A stretch of 64,000 bases of DNA, taken from Eledone cirrhosa (Eukaryota). The first letter of the stretch is position 1. The number at the start of each line of letters is the position of its first letter. A program made the translations under genes and the position numbers. Positions 44,411 through 56,684 of the stretch are shown here, piece by piece. The stretch spans positions 229,648,001-229,712,000 of the forward strand of contig OZ024740.1 of assembly GCA_964016885.1 (NCBI GenBank), given 5' to 3'. The notes under the pieces are model-generated. The model was not told the origin of the DNA and did no database searches. It saw only the letters and a list, made by a program, of their open reading frames with translations.

Positions 44411-45029
44411 GAGAGAGGGGGTGGAGAGATACATACATACGCTGTTTCTAACAAATAGGGGGAAAGGAAACGTACTCAATACAAGGAGTTGAGTATAATT
44501 TATTTACTGTTTCAACGGTAAACACATACCTCCTGAGTGACAAGCATTGAGCAAGCAATTCACAACCGATGAAACATATTCTCAGAAAAGAAATAGAAAA
44601 CGGATCAAGAAAAAAACTCCAACATATTCTTCTGAACGGGAGACAACTCTACATCGCCTTATAAAATAGTTCATACTTCGGCTTAGATTTTTAGTATGGA
44701 ATATCTCTTTATTACAACTGTCGTTTGTGGAAAGAGAAGCACTTTGAAATTCAAAATCTACGAGCACAGAAATATGTTTGCAAGTTTACAGTTTGCATGG
44801 AAACAAGTAGAATAGGTTTCTTTACTCATATTCAAGGTATCACATTAGGATCCTAAGATTTTCGATAACGCAGTTGCTACAACGATCGTTTTATGCCTTT
44901 GCCTTTGCCGTTGCAATATAATCATTTTCATTATAGCATTGTTTTCACTTCTGTCTTTTAAACACCAAATATGTTTTGAGTGAGGTGGCGCTCCCCTTAC
45001 TCCTAAACATACTCATGCTACTTCATTTC

Positions 45030-45205
45030 ACGTTGATCTGGCATACTCAGCTGAAAATGAGTACCAGCAGCAATAGCATGTGGTTTAACTCTACGATGGA
45101 CTGGCGACCTGTCCAGGGAAATTATTGTACTCTCAGTCGCTTAACACCACGGAAACCGGGATAAGCACCGGCCTGATGAACCTCCAGGCTCAAGGTAGAC
45201 TTTAG
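45030..45205 (+). mobile_element. V-SINE-like fragment
   Basis: CGATGGACTGGCGACCTGTCCAGGG, resembling the V-domain core. Confidence 0.55.
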
Positions 45206-46049
45206 TAATATGAATTAAACTAGGAATTACTCGAGATAACTCGTTTATATGATTTATATTGTCACCAAGACCGGTTTAAGGATCATCACACCGCCAAATT
45301 ACACGTGTATTTCTTTAAGTGGCCATTTTGGCCATTTCAAGGACTACGTCATTATGACGACGACGAAGGGGATGACTATAACGACGTATAGATACATTCA
45401 TTGTCCCTTAATTCCTGATTGAGTCGTAGGAACGCCGTAGAATTTTGGGAATTTGAACCTTGCGGAGCCTATCCCTTTTTATGTCTGAACACAGTCGATT
45501 TCGTCCTAAGAAGGAGAAGGAGAAATAGCAAGAAAGAAGAATTGAGAAAGAGATAAAGAAGAAAAATAGAAAACAGTCTTGGGCGGTGTTTTATATATTG
45601 ACCTCGAAAAGACGTAAAGCAAAGTTAACTTCAGCGGAATTTGAACTAAGAGCACAGAGAGCCGTAACGAATAACGTGAATCCTTCTATACAACGTTCTA
45701 ACAACTCTACCAATTTGCCACCTTCGATGACTGTACTGTTCATAATTGTCATCGTTAGTTAGCCCAGTTGTTTGCCAATCTGTTTGTTTTTCTGTCTTTG
45801 TTTCACTATTGTTCCAGCTGTTTCCATCTTACAGTTAACATGTTCCTTTTCTTAATTGTTTTTTTAATATTTGTATCTAGGACTGTATTATATAATACAT
45901 CCTCCCTTTGTAAAAACGGCAGGACGAGATTTGAAGAAAATGGGTCTGTTAGTTTTAGCAAAAGGTGTAGTAGTTAGTAGTCAAGACGTATAAAAGGGGT
46001 AAGGGTTAGTCGATACATTAGTCTGTTATCTGGAGAGACAATGATGGAC

Positions 46050-46500
46050 ACGATAATAGCTAAGCCCCGCCCCAAGCCTCTCCACCTTAGAAATCCGGGA
46101 GGAACCATCCCTTACTCCGAGGCTATCAAGAGCAGTTTTGTTACACCTTAAACTATTTCTCACGGAAGCTCTGTCGGTCGTTGGTGGGAGTTGAAGGTGA
46201 GATTGGTGGAGGTTTCTTTATCAGTCGAGACCCGCAATTCTTAACCTGAGAAAAATTGTTTTTAGGTTGAAAAATACTTTATCAATATTGTGACTGTCGC
46301 TTTTTTGTGGGCTTTCTCAACGATTGACCCTCGGAAGTCTCCCCCCGCTTTGGGGAATTTGTTTTGTTGTTTCATTTCTTAAAATTATTTTCGTTTTTGT
46401 TACAACCGTTTTTTACAGACAAAAACCCCCTACTGTATCGTCTTGTACCGTATTTATTGTTTGCTTAATTTCAACCCCCGTGTGGCTAATAAATAAATCA
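46050..46500 (+). mobile_element. Diverged 3' end of an L1/Tx1-like LINE
   Basis: CCCC...TTGGGGA.TT, AAAACCCC, TGTGGCTAATAAA in the same order as the 3' UTR at 58500-58650. Confidence 0.5.
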
Positions 46501-46544
46501 ATATTGCTATTTTCTCTTTCCTTTTATTCCTTTTGTTACAAATA

Positions 46545-46908
46545 AGTACTCAATACTTAGAGTAGTAGAGTGGGTAACAGGAAAATGTTTGACCTCGACG
46601 GCAGAGCTCAAGCCGTTTCGAGGGCTATTTCTGGACTGAAATAGCCGTCGAAACGGCTTGAGCTCTGCCGTTGGGGTCAAACATTTTCCTATATATATAT
46701 ATATATATAGGAACGAGTAGGACCCCGACGGCTGAGCTCAAGCCGTTTCGACGGCTAATTCTGGACTATTTAGTCTAGAATTAGCCGTCGAAACGGCTTG
46801 AGCTCAGCCGTCGGGGTCCTACTCGTTCCTATTACCCACTCTAATACCCTAAGTATTGAGTACTTTGGTGCGTTATGGTCCATCTGGTTCCTTACCACAT
46901 TTCCTTCG

Positions 46909-46910
<2 letters not shown>
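46545..46910. repeat. Two family C hairpin elements
   Basis: Palindromes at 46578-46690 and 46708-46832. Confidence 0.8.
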
Positions 46911-46973
<63 letters not shown>

Positions 46974-47263
46974 TATATATATATGTATGAAATATATGTC
47001 ATTTTTCACAAAAACAATATAAAAAGTTAAAACCATAGGTGGAGTGCTTAAACACAGCTCAATTTAAAGTAATTTATCATAAGCAAAATAAAAGGCTTCT
47101 GAAAGAATTTTCCAAAAAGGTCTGTATACAAACTCCTATTGTGCCAAACAATTACACTAAAAGCAAATTATTCATAAAAAAGACACCAATATATATATAT
47201 ATATATATATATATAGCGGTGCCCCAGCATGGCCTCAGCCGGATGGCTGAAACAGGGAAAAGA

Positions 47264-47325
<62 letters not shown>

Positions 47326-47450
47326 TCAGAGGTATCCACAGTAAGTTGTGGGGTCTATTCTGCATGAAGAACTCGATGTAATCCATATGTTGAAAATGTT
47401 GTAGGTTAAGATATATCCCGGAAAACAATAAAACGTTAAAAGGAAAACAG

Positions 47451-47719
47451 AGTCATGATATAAGTTAAAACAATGAAATAAAAAATCAAATAAGGACATG
47501 ATACTAACATACTACTAATTCTGAATAAAATTATTATTGCTTTTGAAAACAGCTGGTGATATGCATGTAAATAAATATTCTCTTTATCTGATATTTTGTA
47601 ACTAACCTTACATAGATCAATAACGGAGTATAGCTACAACGTATTATCATCACCTAGAAACGATTGTAAAGCAGTGAAGTATATCTCTAATGACTTGATT
47701 TTTTATTTCATTGTTTTAA

Positions 47720-47725
<6 letters not shown>
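47451..47725 (+). repeat. Fold-back with a U3:A8 hammerhead-like motif (47538-47673)
   Basis: Inverted ends ATATAAGTTAAAACAATGAAATAAAAAATCAA; TGCTT-TTGAAAA-...-GAAA-C-GATT-G-TA-AAGCA. Confidence 0.5.
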
Positions 47726-47784
<59 letters not shown>

Positions 47785-47874
47785 CCCAATGTTAGACAAG
47801 GTTCATTGATTATTCAATGATACAGTTTTACAATAGATTAAAAGCACTCAACAGTGACGTTTTCTGGAGTTATT

Positions 47875-48207
47875 AATATTATTCAAAATATTAATAAATG
47901 GATAGATTCACATAATCAAAATATATGTTTTATTATATATATTTCGGAGGTACTGTGTTGTTTTTTCAGTACGTCCTCATCAGATAAAATACATAAATTG
48001 ATGCATGACATATCTCAACTAATGGTTCAATTCCAGTCTTAGCAAGACTGGAATTGAACTATCAGCACAGTTCAGGTATGTCATGCATCAATTTATGTAT
48101 TTTATATGATGAGGACGTACTGAAAAAACAACACAGTACCTCCGAAATATATATAATAAAACATATATTTTGATTATGTGAATGTATCCATTTATTAATA
48201 TTTTGAA

Positions 48208-48214
<7 letters not shown>
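47875..48214. mobile_element. Fold-back family B tail with hammerheads 47926-47991 (minus) and 48098-48163 (plus, C3A)
   Basis: Arms meet near 48041; homologous to 13140-13370. Confidence 0.85.
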
Positions 48215-48274
<60 letters not shown>

Positions 48275-48277
<3 letters not shown>

Positions 48278-48500
48278 TAGAATTGAGATGGAGGGTTTGT
48301 GGTTTTTGCGAGAAAAACCACAAACCCTCCATCTCAATTCTACTTTTGAAAAGAATAAGAACTGTGAAACTAGATAGGAACCAAACGAATATTCTTAAAA
48401 CGACTCAGGTTGCATTTTCGATTTCATCTTTTTTCCTTATACTTTCACTCGTGTAGGACATCTCGTTTTTTTTCATTTGGGAAAAAAAAACTCATTTTCT
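48275..48500 (+). repeat. Hairpin element of the 12430 family with TTGAAAA core
   Basis: AAGTAGAATTGAGATGGAGGGTTTGT...ACAAACCCTCCATCTCAATTCTACTT. Confidence 0.7.
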
Positions 48501-48719
48501 ATTATATATATATATATATATATATTCAGGTTTGAGGTTCACCACTGTATAGAGCTGGTCTATTCCGTATGGTCAATCGTAATGCAATAATATAGAGAGT
48601 ACTCAACGTAAAGCAGTTCAACCGTCTTTGTTTTTGTAGTTGGTGGTGCTATTACGGAGTTAAATATTATAATGAAATGACAGGAGGCTGGATTTGTGTA
48701 AATCCTTGAAAGGTTTATT

Positions 48720-48777
48720 ATACTATGATCATTTCAATGACCGGGTTCCGTATGAATCCGGTGATATCATCAGGTAT
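48720..48777 (-). ncRNA. Type I hammerhead ribozyme (separate family)
   Basis: Reverse complement ATAC-CTGATGA-TATCACCGG...CCGGTCATT-GAAA-T-GATC-A-TA-GTAT. Confidence 0.7.
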
Positions 48778-48874
48778 TCGAAATATAATACGTGAATGTA
48801 ATAGATAAAATCCATGGGGCTGAAAATCGAGGACCCGAGAGCGACCGCTATTCTGTTCCTTCAACCTCAGCCGG

Positions 48875-48944
<70 letters not shown>

Positions 48945-48945
<1 letters not shown>

Positions 48946-49197
48946 AGTTATATTTTATTTGTTGGGATACAACAAGCACTCAACAAATTTTGGGAGTAAA
49001 AATACAATATGTTAACTATCGGGGGGCTTCCAACCGACATGGTTGCATTCTTTAAGTGTATGTCAATATTTGTTTATAAAACTGATCTATATTATATTTT
49101 ATCTGATGAAAGCCCACCATAATTTGCTTTGGTGTCCTTGAAATATGTATAATGAAATAAATATGCTTTTATAAACATAGTTTCCATTTGTTAATAT

Positions 49198-49200
<3 letters not shown>
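48945..49200 (+). mobile_element. Family A tail with inverted cap; hammerhead 49095-49159
   Basis: 48948-49017 is inverted tail sequence; 49020-49200 is colinear with family A. Confidence 0.75.
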
Positions 49201-49249
<49 letters not shown>

Positions 49250-49252
<3 letters not shown>

Positions 49253-49443
49253 CGAAGGAATTGTGGTAAGGAACCAGATGGACCATAACGCACCAAAGTA
49301 CTCAATACTTAGGGTAGTAGAGTGGGTAATATGAACGAGTAGGACCCCGACGGCTGAGCTCAAGCCGTTTGGACGGCTAATTCTTGACGCGTCCAGAATT
49401 AGCCGTCGAAACGGCTTGAGCTCAGCCGTCGGGGTCCTATTCG

Positions 49444-49448
<5 letters not shown>
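49250..49448. repeat. Family C hairpin element
   Basis: Palindrome 49329-49448 plus a one-sided extension to 49250. Confidence 0.8.
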
Positions 49449-49474
<26 letters not shown>

Positions 49475-49819
49475 TTCGTTTCTGAATTTGTTTAGCAAGA
49501 TTCTTTATCTGAAATCGTGTGTTGAAACCGATATTGTTATACTTTGGGAGGGTCATGTTGCCAATAAGAAACACACGCCTAGCAACCACCGTTGCTCGTT
49601 TGTTCAACACTGAACGTTTGTTCAACACTTTGTCAGTGTTGAACAAACGAGCAACGGTGGTTGCTAGACACTACGGCTTAATACGGGATGTTTGTTTACA
49701 AACACACCGAGCATTATAATAAATGTTCGGTGAATCCATACGTGCATATATATATGTGTGCATGTATGTATATATATATATACATACTACTGTACGTCGG
49801 TATACATATATGTATGTAC

Positions 49820-49871
<52 letters not shown>

Positions 49872-50389
49872 ATACGTGCTTGTGTGTGTTTGTATGCGTT
49901 TCCAGTTTCTTTACGTTCAGCAACGTAACGGTTCAATGGAAAGTGATCAATAAAATAAGGTCAAGGCATGAAAAAGTAATTACTGGAGTCTATATGATCA
50001 ACTAAACCCTTTGGAAGTGATGTCCCAGCATGATGATTGGTACAGTTGATGTCGGTAGTGATTGCTGTTTGGTTCTGGTTGTTGCTCCCAGATTGTCCGT
50101 GATTTAAGCTGTCACCAAAGACATCCCAGCTATGACTAACCTGTCTTTTTTTGTATAATAAAAGACTACCATCTCCTATATGTCTTTATTTTACGACAGC
50201 CTGGTATAACTTGAGGATGTTGGACCTGCTATTTCTAGCAAGTCAAAACTCATATAGACGCTCTCTCGTTGGGGCTGTTGGTGACTTCGAACATTAGTGA
50301 TGGCAATGGCTGTTGTTGTTGTTGTTAGCAAGTCAAGGTCCCCATAGATATTCTCCCGTTGGAGTTATTAACTGAAATAGTGTTGGTAG

Positions 50390-52128
50390 ACGTGGTGGTG
50401 GTGGTGGTGGTGTTGTGGTAGTGGTGTGGTAGTGGTGGTGGTGGAGCTGGTGCTGGTGGTGGTGCTGGTGGTGGTGGTGATGATGATGGTGATGGTGGTG
50501 TTGGTGGGGCTGGTGGTGGTGGTGGTGGTGAAGTGGTGGAGCTGGTGCTGGTGGTGTTGGTGGTGGTGAAGTGGTGGAGCTGGTGCTGGTGGTGGTGGTG
50601 GTGGTGGTGCTAGTGTGGTAGTGGTGGTGGTGGTGAAGTGGTGGTGAAGTGGTGGTGGTGGTGGTGGAGCTGGTACTAGTGCTGGTGGTGTTGGTGTTGG
50701 TGGTGGTGGTGGTGGTGCTAGTGTGGTAGTGGTGTGGTAGTGGTGGTGGTGGTGTTGGTGTTGGTGGGGGGGGGGGGGGGAGCTGGTGCTGGTGGTGGTA
50801 GTATTGGTGGTGCTAGTGTGGTAGTGGTAGTGGTGGTGAAGTGGTGGTGGTGATAGTGGTGAAGTGGTGGTGATGGTGGTTGTTAACAGTGACGGTTAAG
50901 GATTGGTACTGGAGACATGATGGTGGTGGTGTTGGTTGCGGTGGTGGTGTTGTTGCTGGTGGTGGTAATAATGATGATGGTGATGGTTGTGGTGGTGTTG
51001 GTGGTGGTTGTGTGGTAGTGGTGGTGATGTGGTGGTGGTGGTGATGGTTGCTGTGGTGGTGTTGTTGCTGGTGGTGTTAGTAGTGATGATGGTGATGATT
51101 GTGGTGGTGGTAGTGGTGGTGAGGCTGGTGGTGGTGGTGGTTGTGGTGGTGTGGTAGTGGTGGTGATGTGGTGGTGGTGGTGGTGGTGATGGTTGCGGTG
51201 GTGGTGTTGTTGCTGGTGGTGGTAGTAGTGATGGTGATGGTTGTGGTGGTGTTGGTGGTGGTGGTAGTGGTGTGGTAGTGGTGGTGATGGGGTGGTGTTG
51301 GTGGTGATGTGGTGGTGGTGGTGGTGGTGATGGTGGTGGTAGTAGTGATGATGGTGTTGGTGGTGGTGGTGAGGCTGGTGGTGGTGGTGGTGTGGTAGTG
51401 GTGGTGATGGGGTGGTGTTGGTGGTGTTGATGGTGGCTGTTATTAGCAGTGACGGTTAAGGATTGGTACTGGAGACATGATGGTGGTGGTGTTGGTTGCA
51501 GTGGTGGTGTTGGTTGCAGTGGTGGTGTTGTTGCTGGTGGTGGTAGTAGTGATGATGGTGATGGTGATGGTTGTGGTGATGGTGGTGTAGGCGGCGATGA
51601 CAATGGTGGTGGAGGTAACGGTGATGGGGGTGGAAGTGGTAATAGTACCAGAGACGGGGAGCGGAGCGTGGAGGTGATGATGATTGGGGGGGGGGGGGTT
51701 TACCCAGATTATGTGGCGGCGTTGAGGGAAGCACAGACCAGACTAAGTGAGTGTGAGGGGGCAGAGAAACTGAACACCGACAAAATGATGTGGTGGTAGT
51801 AGTGGTGATGGTGGTGATGGTATTGGTGGTATTGGTGGTGGAGGTGACGGTGGCGGTAGTAGTGCTGGTAGTAGTAGTAGTGGTGGTGGTGTTGGTGGTA
51901 GAGGTGATATTGGTGGTGGTGTCGGTGGTGGTGGCGGTGGTGGTTGTTGTGGTAGAAGTGGTATTGGTGATGGTGGCGGCGGTGGTGGCAGTGGTGGTGA
52001 TGGTGGTGGTGGTGGTTGTGGTGGTAGTGGTAATGGTATTAATGGTGCGATGATGGTGGTGGGGGTTGACGAGGACTATCTATTTGGTGTCTAATACAGA
52101 CACCAAACTAAGTGACATGAGACGCCTA

Positions 52129-52175
<47 letters not shown>

Positions 52176-52182
52176 GTGTGTG

Positions 52183-52268
<86 letters not shown>

Positions 52269-53492
52269 TACGTATATATATATATATATATTTATGTATA
52301 TGGGTGTGTGTGTGTGACATACACATGTAAGTGTCAGAACAAACAAACGAAAAAGAAACGAAAAATGTAAATCATGTCTGTGAGACACATCACAGTTACC
52401 ACCAACACCACCACCACCACCACCACCGATACCACCCCAACAGCACCAACACCACCAACACCACCAATACCACCACTACCACCACCCTCAATACTACCAC
52501 CACCACCACCACCACCACTACCACCACCACCACCACCACCACTACCAATACCACCACTACCACCAACACCACCAATACCACCACCACCACCACCACTACC
52601 ACCAACACCACTAATACCACCACCACCATCAACACTACCACCAGTACCACTACCACCACCACTAACACCAACACCACCACCACCACTACCACCAATACCA
52701 CTACCACCAATACCACCCCACCACCACCACCAACACAACCACCACCAACACCAACACCACCAATACTACCACAACAAGCAATACCATCACCACAATTACC
52801 AGCAATACCATCACAACCACCAATATCACCACAACCACAAATACCACCACCACTACTGCTACCACCAGCACCACCACCACCAATACCACCGCCACCACTA
52901 CCACCAATACCACTACCAGCAACACCACTACCATCAACACCACCACCAACACCACCACCACTACCAATACCACCATCACTACCACCAACACCACCAATAC
53001 CACCACCACCTCCACCACCACTACCAATACCACCACCACTACCACCAATTCCACCAATACCACCCCCAGCAGCACTAACACCACCACCACCAGTACCACC
53101 ACCAACACTACCAATACCACCCCACCACCACCACCAACACAACCACCACCAACACCACCACCACCAATACTACCACAACAAGCAATACCATCACCACAAA
53201 GACCACCAATACCATCACAACCACCAATATCCTCCACACCACCAATATCACCACAACCACAAATACCACCACCACTACTGCTACCACCAGCACCACCACC
53301 ACCAATACCACCAGCACCACCACCACCATATCACCCCCACACCACCACACCCACTTCCCCCGCTACCTTCATCCCGAACACCACAACAATAGCCACATCA
53401 TCATCATCTACAACAACACCACCAAAATACCAATGAATTGGCAGAATCGTTAGAACCTGACTAAATATGTTGCCGACTTTTTCCGTCATCCC

Positions 53493-53554
<62 letters not shown>

Positions 53555-53576
53555 CCTCTCTCTCTCTGCCTCCTCC

Positions 53577-53650
<74 letters not shown>

Positions 53651-53748
53651 CCGCTCTCTCTGCCCCCCGCTCTCTCTGTCCCTTCTCTCTCGCTCTCTGC
53701 CTCCTTTCTCTGTCTCTGCTCCATCTCTCTCTGCCCTTCTCTCTCTGC

Positions 53749-53839
<91 letters not shown>

Positions 53840-53861
53840 CCCCTCTCTCTCTGCCTCCTCC

Positions 53862-53907
<46 letters not shown>

Positions 53908-54090
53908 CCGCTCTCTCTGCCCCCCGCTCTCTCTGTCCCTTCTCTCTCGCTCTCTGCCTCCTTTCTCTGTCTCTGCTCCATCTCTCTCTGCCCTTCTCTC
54001 TCTGCCCTTCTCTCTCTCTCTCTCTCTCTCTCTCTGCCCCCCCCCTCTCTCTTCTCCCTCTCTCTCTCTGCCCACCCCCTCTGTCTGCCC
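50390..54090. repeat. (GGT)n, (TA)n, (ACC)n and (CT)n low-complexity block
   Basis: Direct inspection; local duplications of low-complexity segments. Confidence 0.95.
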
Positions 54091-54638
54091 CCTCTCTGTG
54101 CTCTCTGTGTTCAAACCGTTCGAGGTCAACTTTGCTCTAATCCATTCAGTATTGATAAATATGATCTCAGTCCAGGTCAGTAGATTTGGTGGAATTGTTA
54201 CAGCATCAGACAAGATACCTTGCGGTATTTGTATGGGGTTTTGTTATTCTTTTGTTATTCTTTTTTGTTTTTGTTTGTTATTTAAATTTTTGTTTGTTAT
54301 TCTTTTCTTTTTTTTTTGCGTTCTAAGTTCCAAATTCCGCTAGGGTCTTCTTGGGTGGTTTAACACCAACACCTGGCTCTTGGGTGCTTTTATCAGAGCC
54401 CAGTTTTTTTGGGGGAAAGTATTCGACTCATATTTCCTCCCTTCACCCCATCCAGTCCTGGAGACACTGTTAAAAGTAAGGGACACTGACTGCCCTTCCC
54501 TCCCTGAGTAAATATTAAAATTAAAAGAAGAAAACTAAAAGGAATAAAACAACAACTGTTAGCAACAGAAGTAACTTCGATTGCATCAGTAGCACCAATA
54601 GAGGGGGGTAGGAGGAAAGGAGGAGGAGGAGGGGGAGG

Positions 54639-54669
<31 letters not shown>

Positions 54670-54744
54670 GAAGTAAAAGAAGAAGAAGAACAACAACAAC
54701 AGTAACGGAATTCTTTTATAAGTTACATTTTGATAATTTACATT

Positions 54745-55875
54745 TCGTAACACACTCGAGTAACACACTTCAGTTACACACTTCAGTTACACACTTCAGT
54801 TACACACTTCAGTAACACATCTCAGTAACACACTTCAGTTACACACTTCAGTAACACGTCTCAGTAACACACTTCAGTAACACACTTCAGTAACACACCT
54901 CAGTAACACACTTCAGTTACACACTTCAGTAACACGTCTCAGTAACACACTTCAGTAACACACTTCAGTAACACACCTCAGTAACACACTTCAGTAACAC
55001 ACTTCAGTTACACACTTCAGTAACACACCTCCGTAACAGACTTCAGTAACACACTTCAGTTACACACTTTAGTAACACACTTCAGTTACACACTTCAGTA
55101 ACACACTTCAGTAACACACTTCAGTTACACACTTCAGTAACACACTTCAGTAACACACTTCATGTACACACTTCAGTAACACACTTCAGTAACACACTTC
55201 AGGTACACACTTCAGTAACACACTTCAGTAACACACTTCAGGTACACACTTCAGTAACACACTTCAGTAACACACTTCAGTAACACACTTCAGTTACACA
55301 CTTCAGTTACACACTTCAGTTACACACTTCAGTAACACATCTCAGTAACACACATGAGTAACACACTTCAGGTACACACTTCAGTAACACACTTCAGTAA
55401 CACACTTCAGTAACACACTTCAGTTACACACTTCAGTTACACACTTCAGTTACACACTTCAGTAACACATCTCAGTAACACACATGAGTAACACACTTCA
55501 GGTACACACTTCAGTTACACACTTCAGTAACACACTTCAGGTACACACTTCAGTAACACACTTGACTAACACACTTCACTTACAGACTTCAGTAACACAC
55601 TTCAGGTACACACTTGAGTAACACACTTGAGTAACACACTTGAGTAACACACTTGAGTAACACACTTGAGTAGCACACTTCACTAACACACTTCAGTAAC
55701 ACACTTGAGTAACACACTTCACTAACACACTTCAGTAACACACTTCAGGTACACACTTGAGTAACACACTTGAGTAACACACTTGAGTAACACACTCGAG
55801 TAGCACACTTCACTAACACACTTGAGTAACACACTTGAGTAACACACTTCACTAACACACTTGAGTAACACACTT
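54745..55875. repeat. 13-bp minisatellite (CTTCAGTAACACA)n
   Basis: About 85 copies with TTAC/GTAC/TTGAG variants. Confidence 0.97.
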
Positions 55876-56081
55876 AACAAACCGGAAGAAATTAAGAACG
55901 AAAAAAAAGAAAGAAAGAATGAGTGGGGAGGGAAAAAATTCTACATTCTCGGGTAGACATCATAAGTCACCTGTACCCTGCGGACAAAATGACGAAAGCA
56001 TTACCGCAGAGAACTGCTAGTGATACCCGCTACACCAACCATCCCACCTCACGGAGTCCTTTCTCCATGCGTGATGCCATT

Positions 56082-56262
56082 TTGGCAGTATCGGTAGAGG
56101 GTCGGACACCATGCTTTGCAGCAAAGAGTTACGGCCTTTTATGGTCTGAGTTCAAATCCCGCCGAGGTTATCTTTGCCTTTCATCCTTACGGGGTCGATA
56201 AAATAAAGTACCAGTAATGCACTGGGTAATTGCTGGCCTTGTGCCAAAAGTAGAAACAATTA
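56082..56262 (+). mobile_element. Main-family SINE
   Basis: Consensus match. Confidence 0.85.
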
Positions 56263-56337
56263 TCTTAATATAAACAAAATTTCTGTCTTACTCTTCCTTT
56301 CTGAGTTTATTACTCGCGTCCACCTATCTATCTATCT

Positions 56338-56670
56338 AAAATTCGCTGAAAGGTGGGTAAATGTGGCGAAAACGGCCCGAATAAATGGGCCTTCTCTGTA
56401 TATAAACCTGTAGGTTGAGGAAGATAAACAGAGGGAAGACAGGAACACCTACAAAACGTGTTCCTGGTGTTGAGAATTGTTCTATCCACGGGGTGTAAAA
56501 CAACCCTGCAGTAACGTTCCCCCCTATTGGGGATTTCAATTGTTATTTTATTATATATAGTTTATTGTTATTTATTAATGTTAAAGTTATATGATTTTTG
56601 TGTAAAACCCCTGCCGTCACGTCTTGTAATGTCCCATTTGTATACGCCCATGTGGCAAATAAAGAAAGAT
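56338..56670 (+). mobile_element. L1/Tx1-like LINE, 3' fragment (copy 1)
   Basis: Homologous to 58340-58650; bounded by (TATC)n. Confidence 0.8.
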
Positions 56671-56684
56671 ATCTATCTATCTAT

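Noticed and set aside
45150-45200. GAAAC...CTGATGA as a hammerhead
   Set aside because: Part of a V-SINE-like tail; stems I-III cannot be formed
49505-49545. CTGAAAT...GAAAC as a hammerhead (family D, also 46636)
   Set aside because: Core positions 8-9 are wrong with no compensation, and there is no stem II
56527-56684. N-terminus of the 262-aa ORF as real coding sequence
   Set aside because: It is the 3' UTR of LINE copy 1 reading in frame by chance into truncated copy 2
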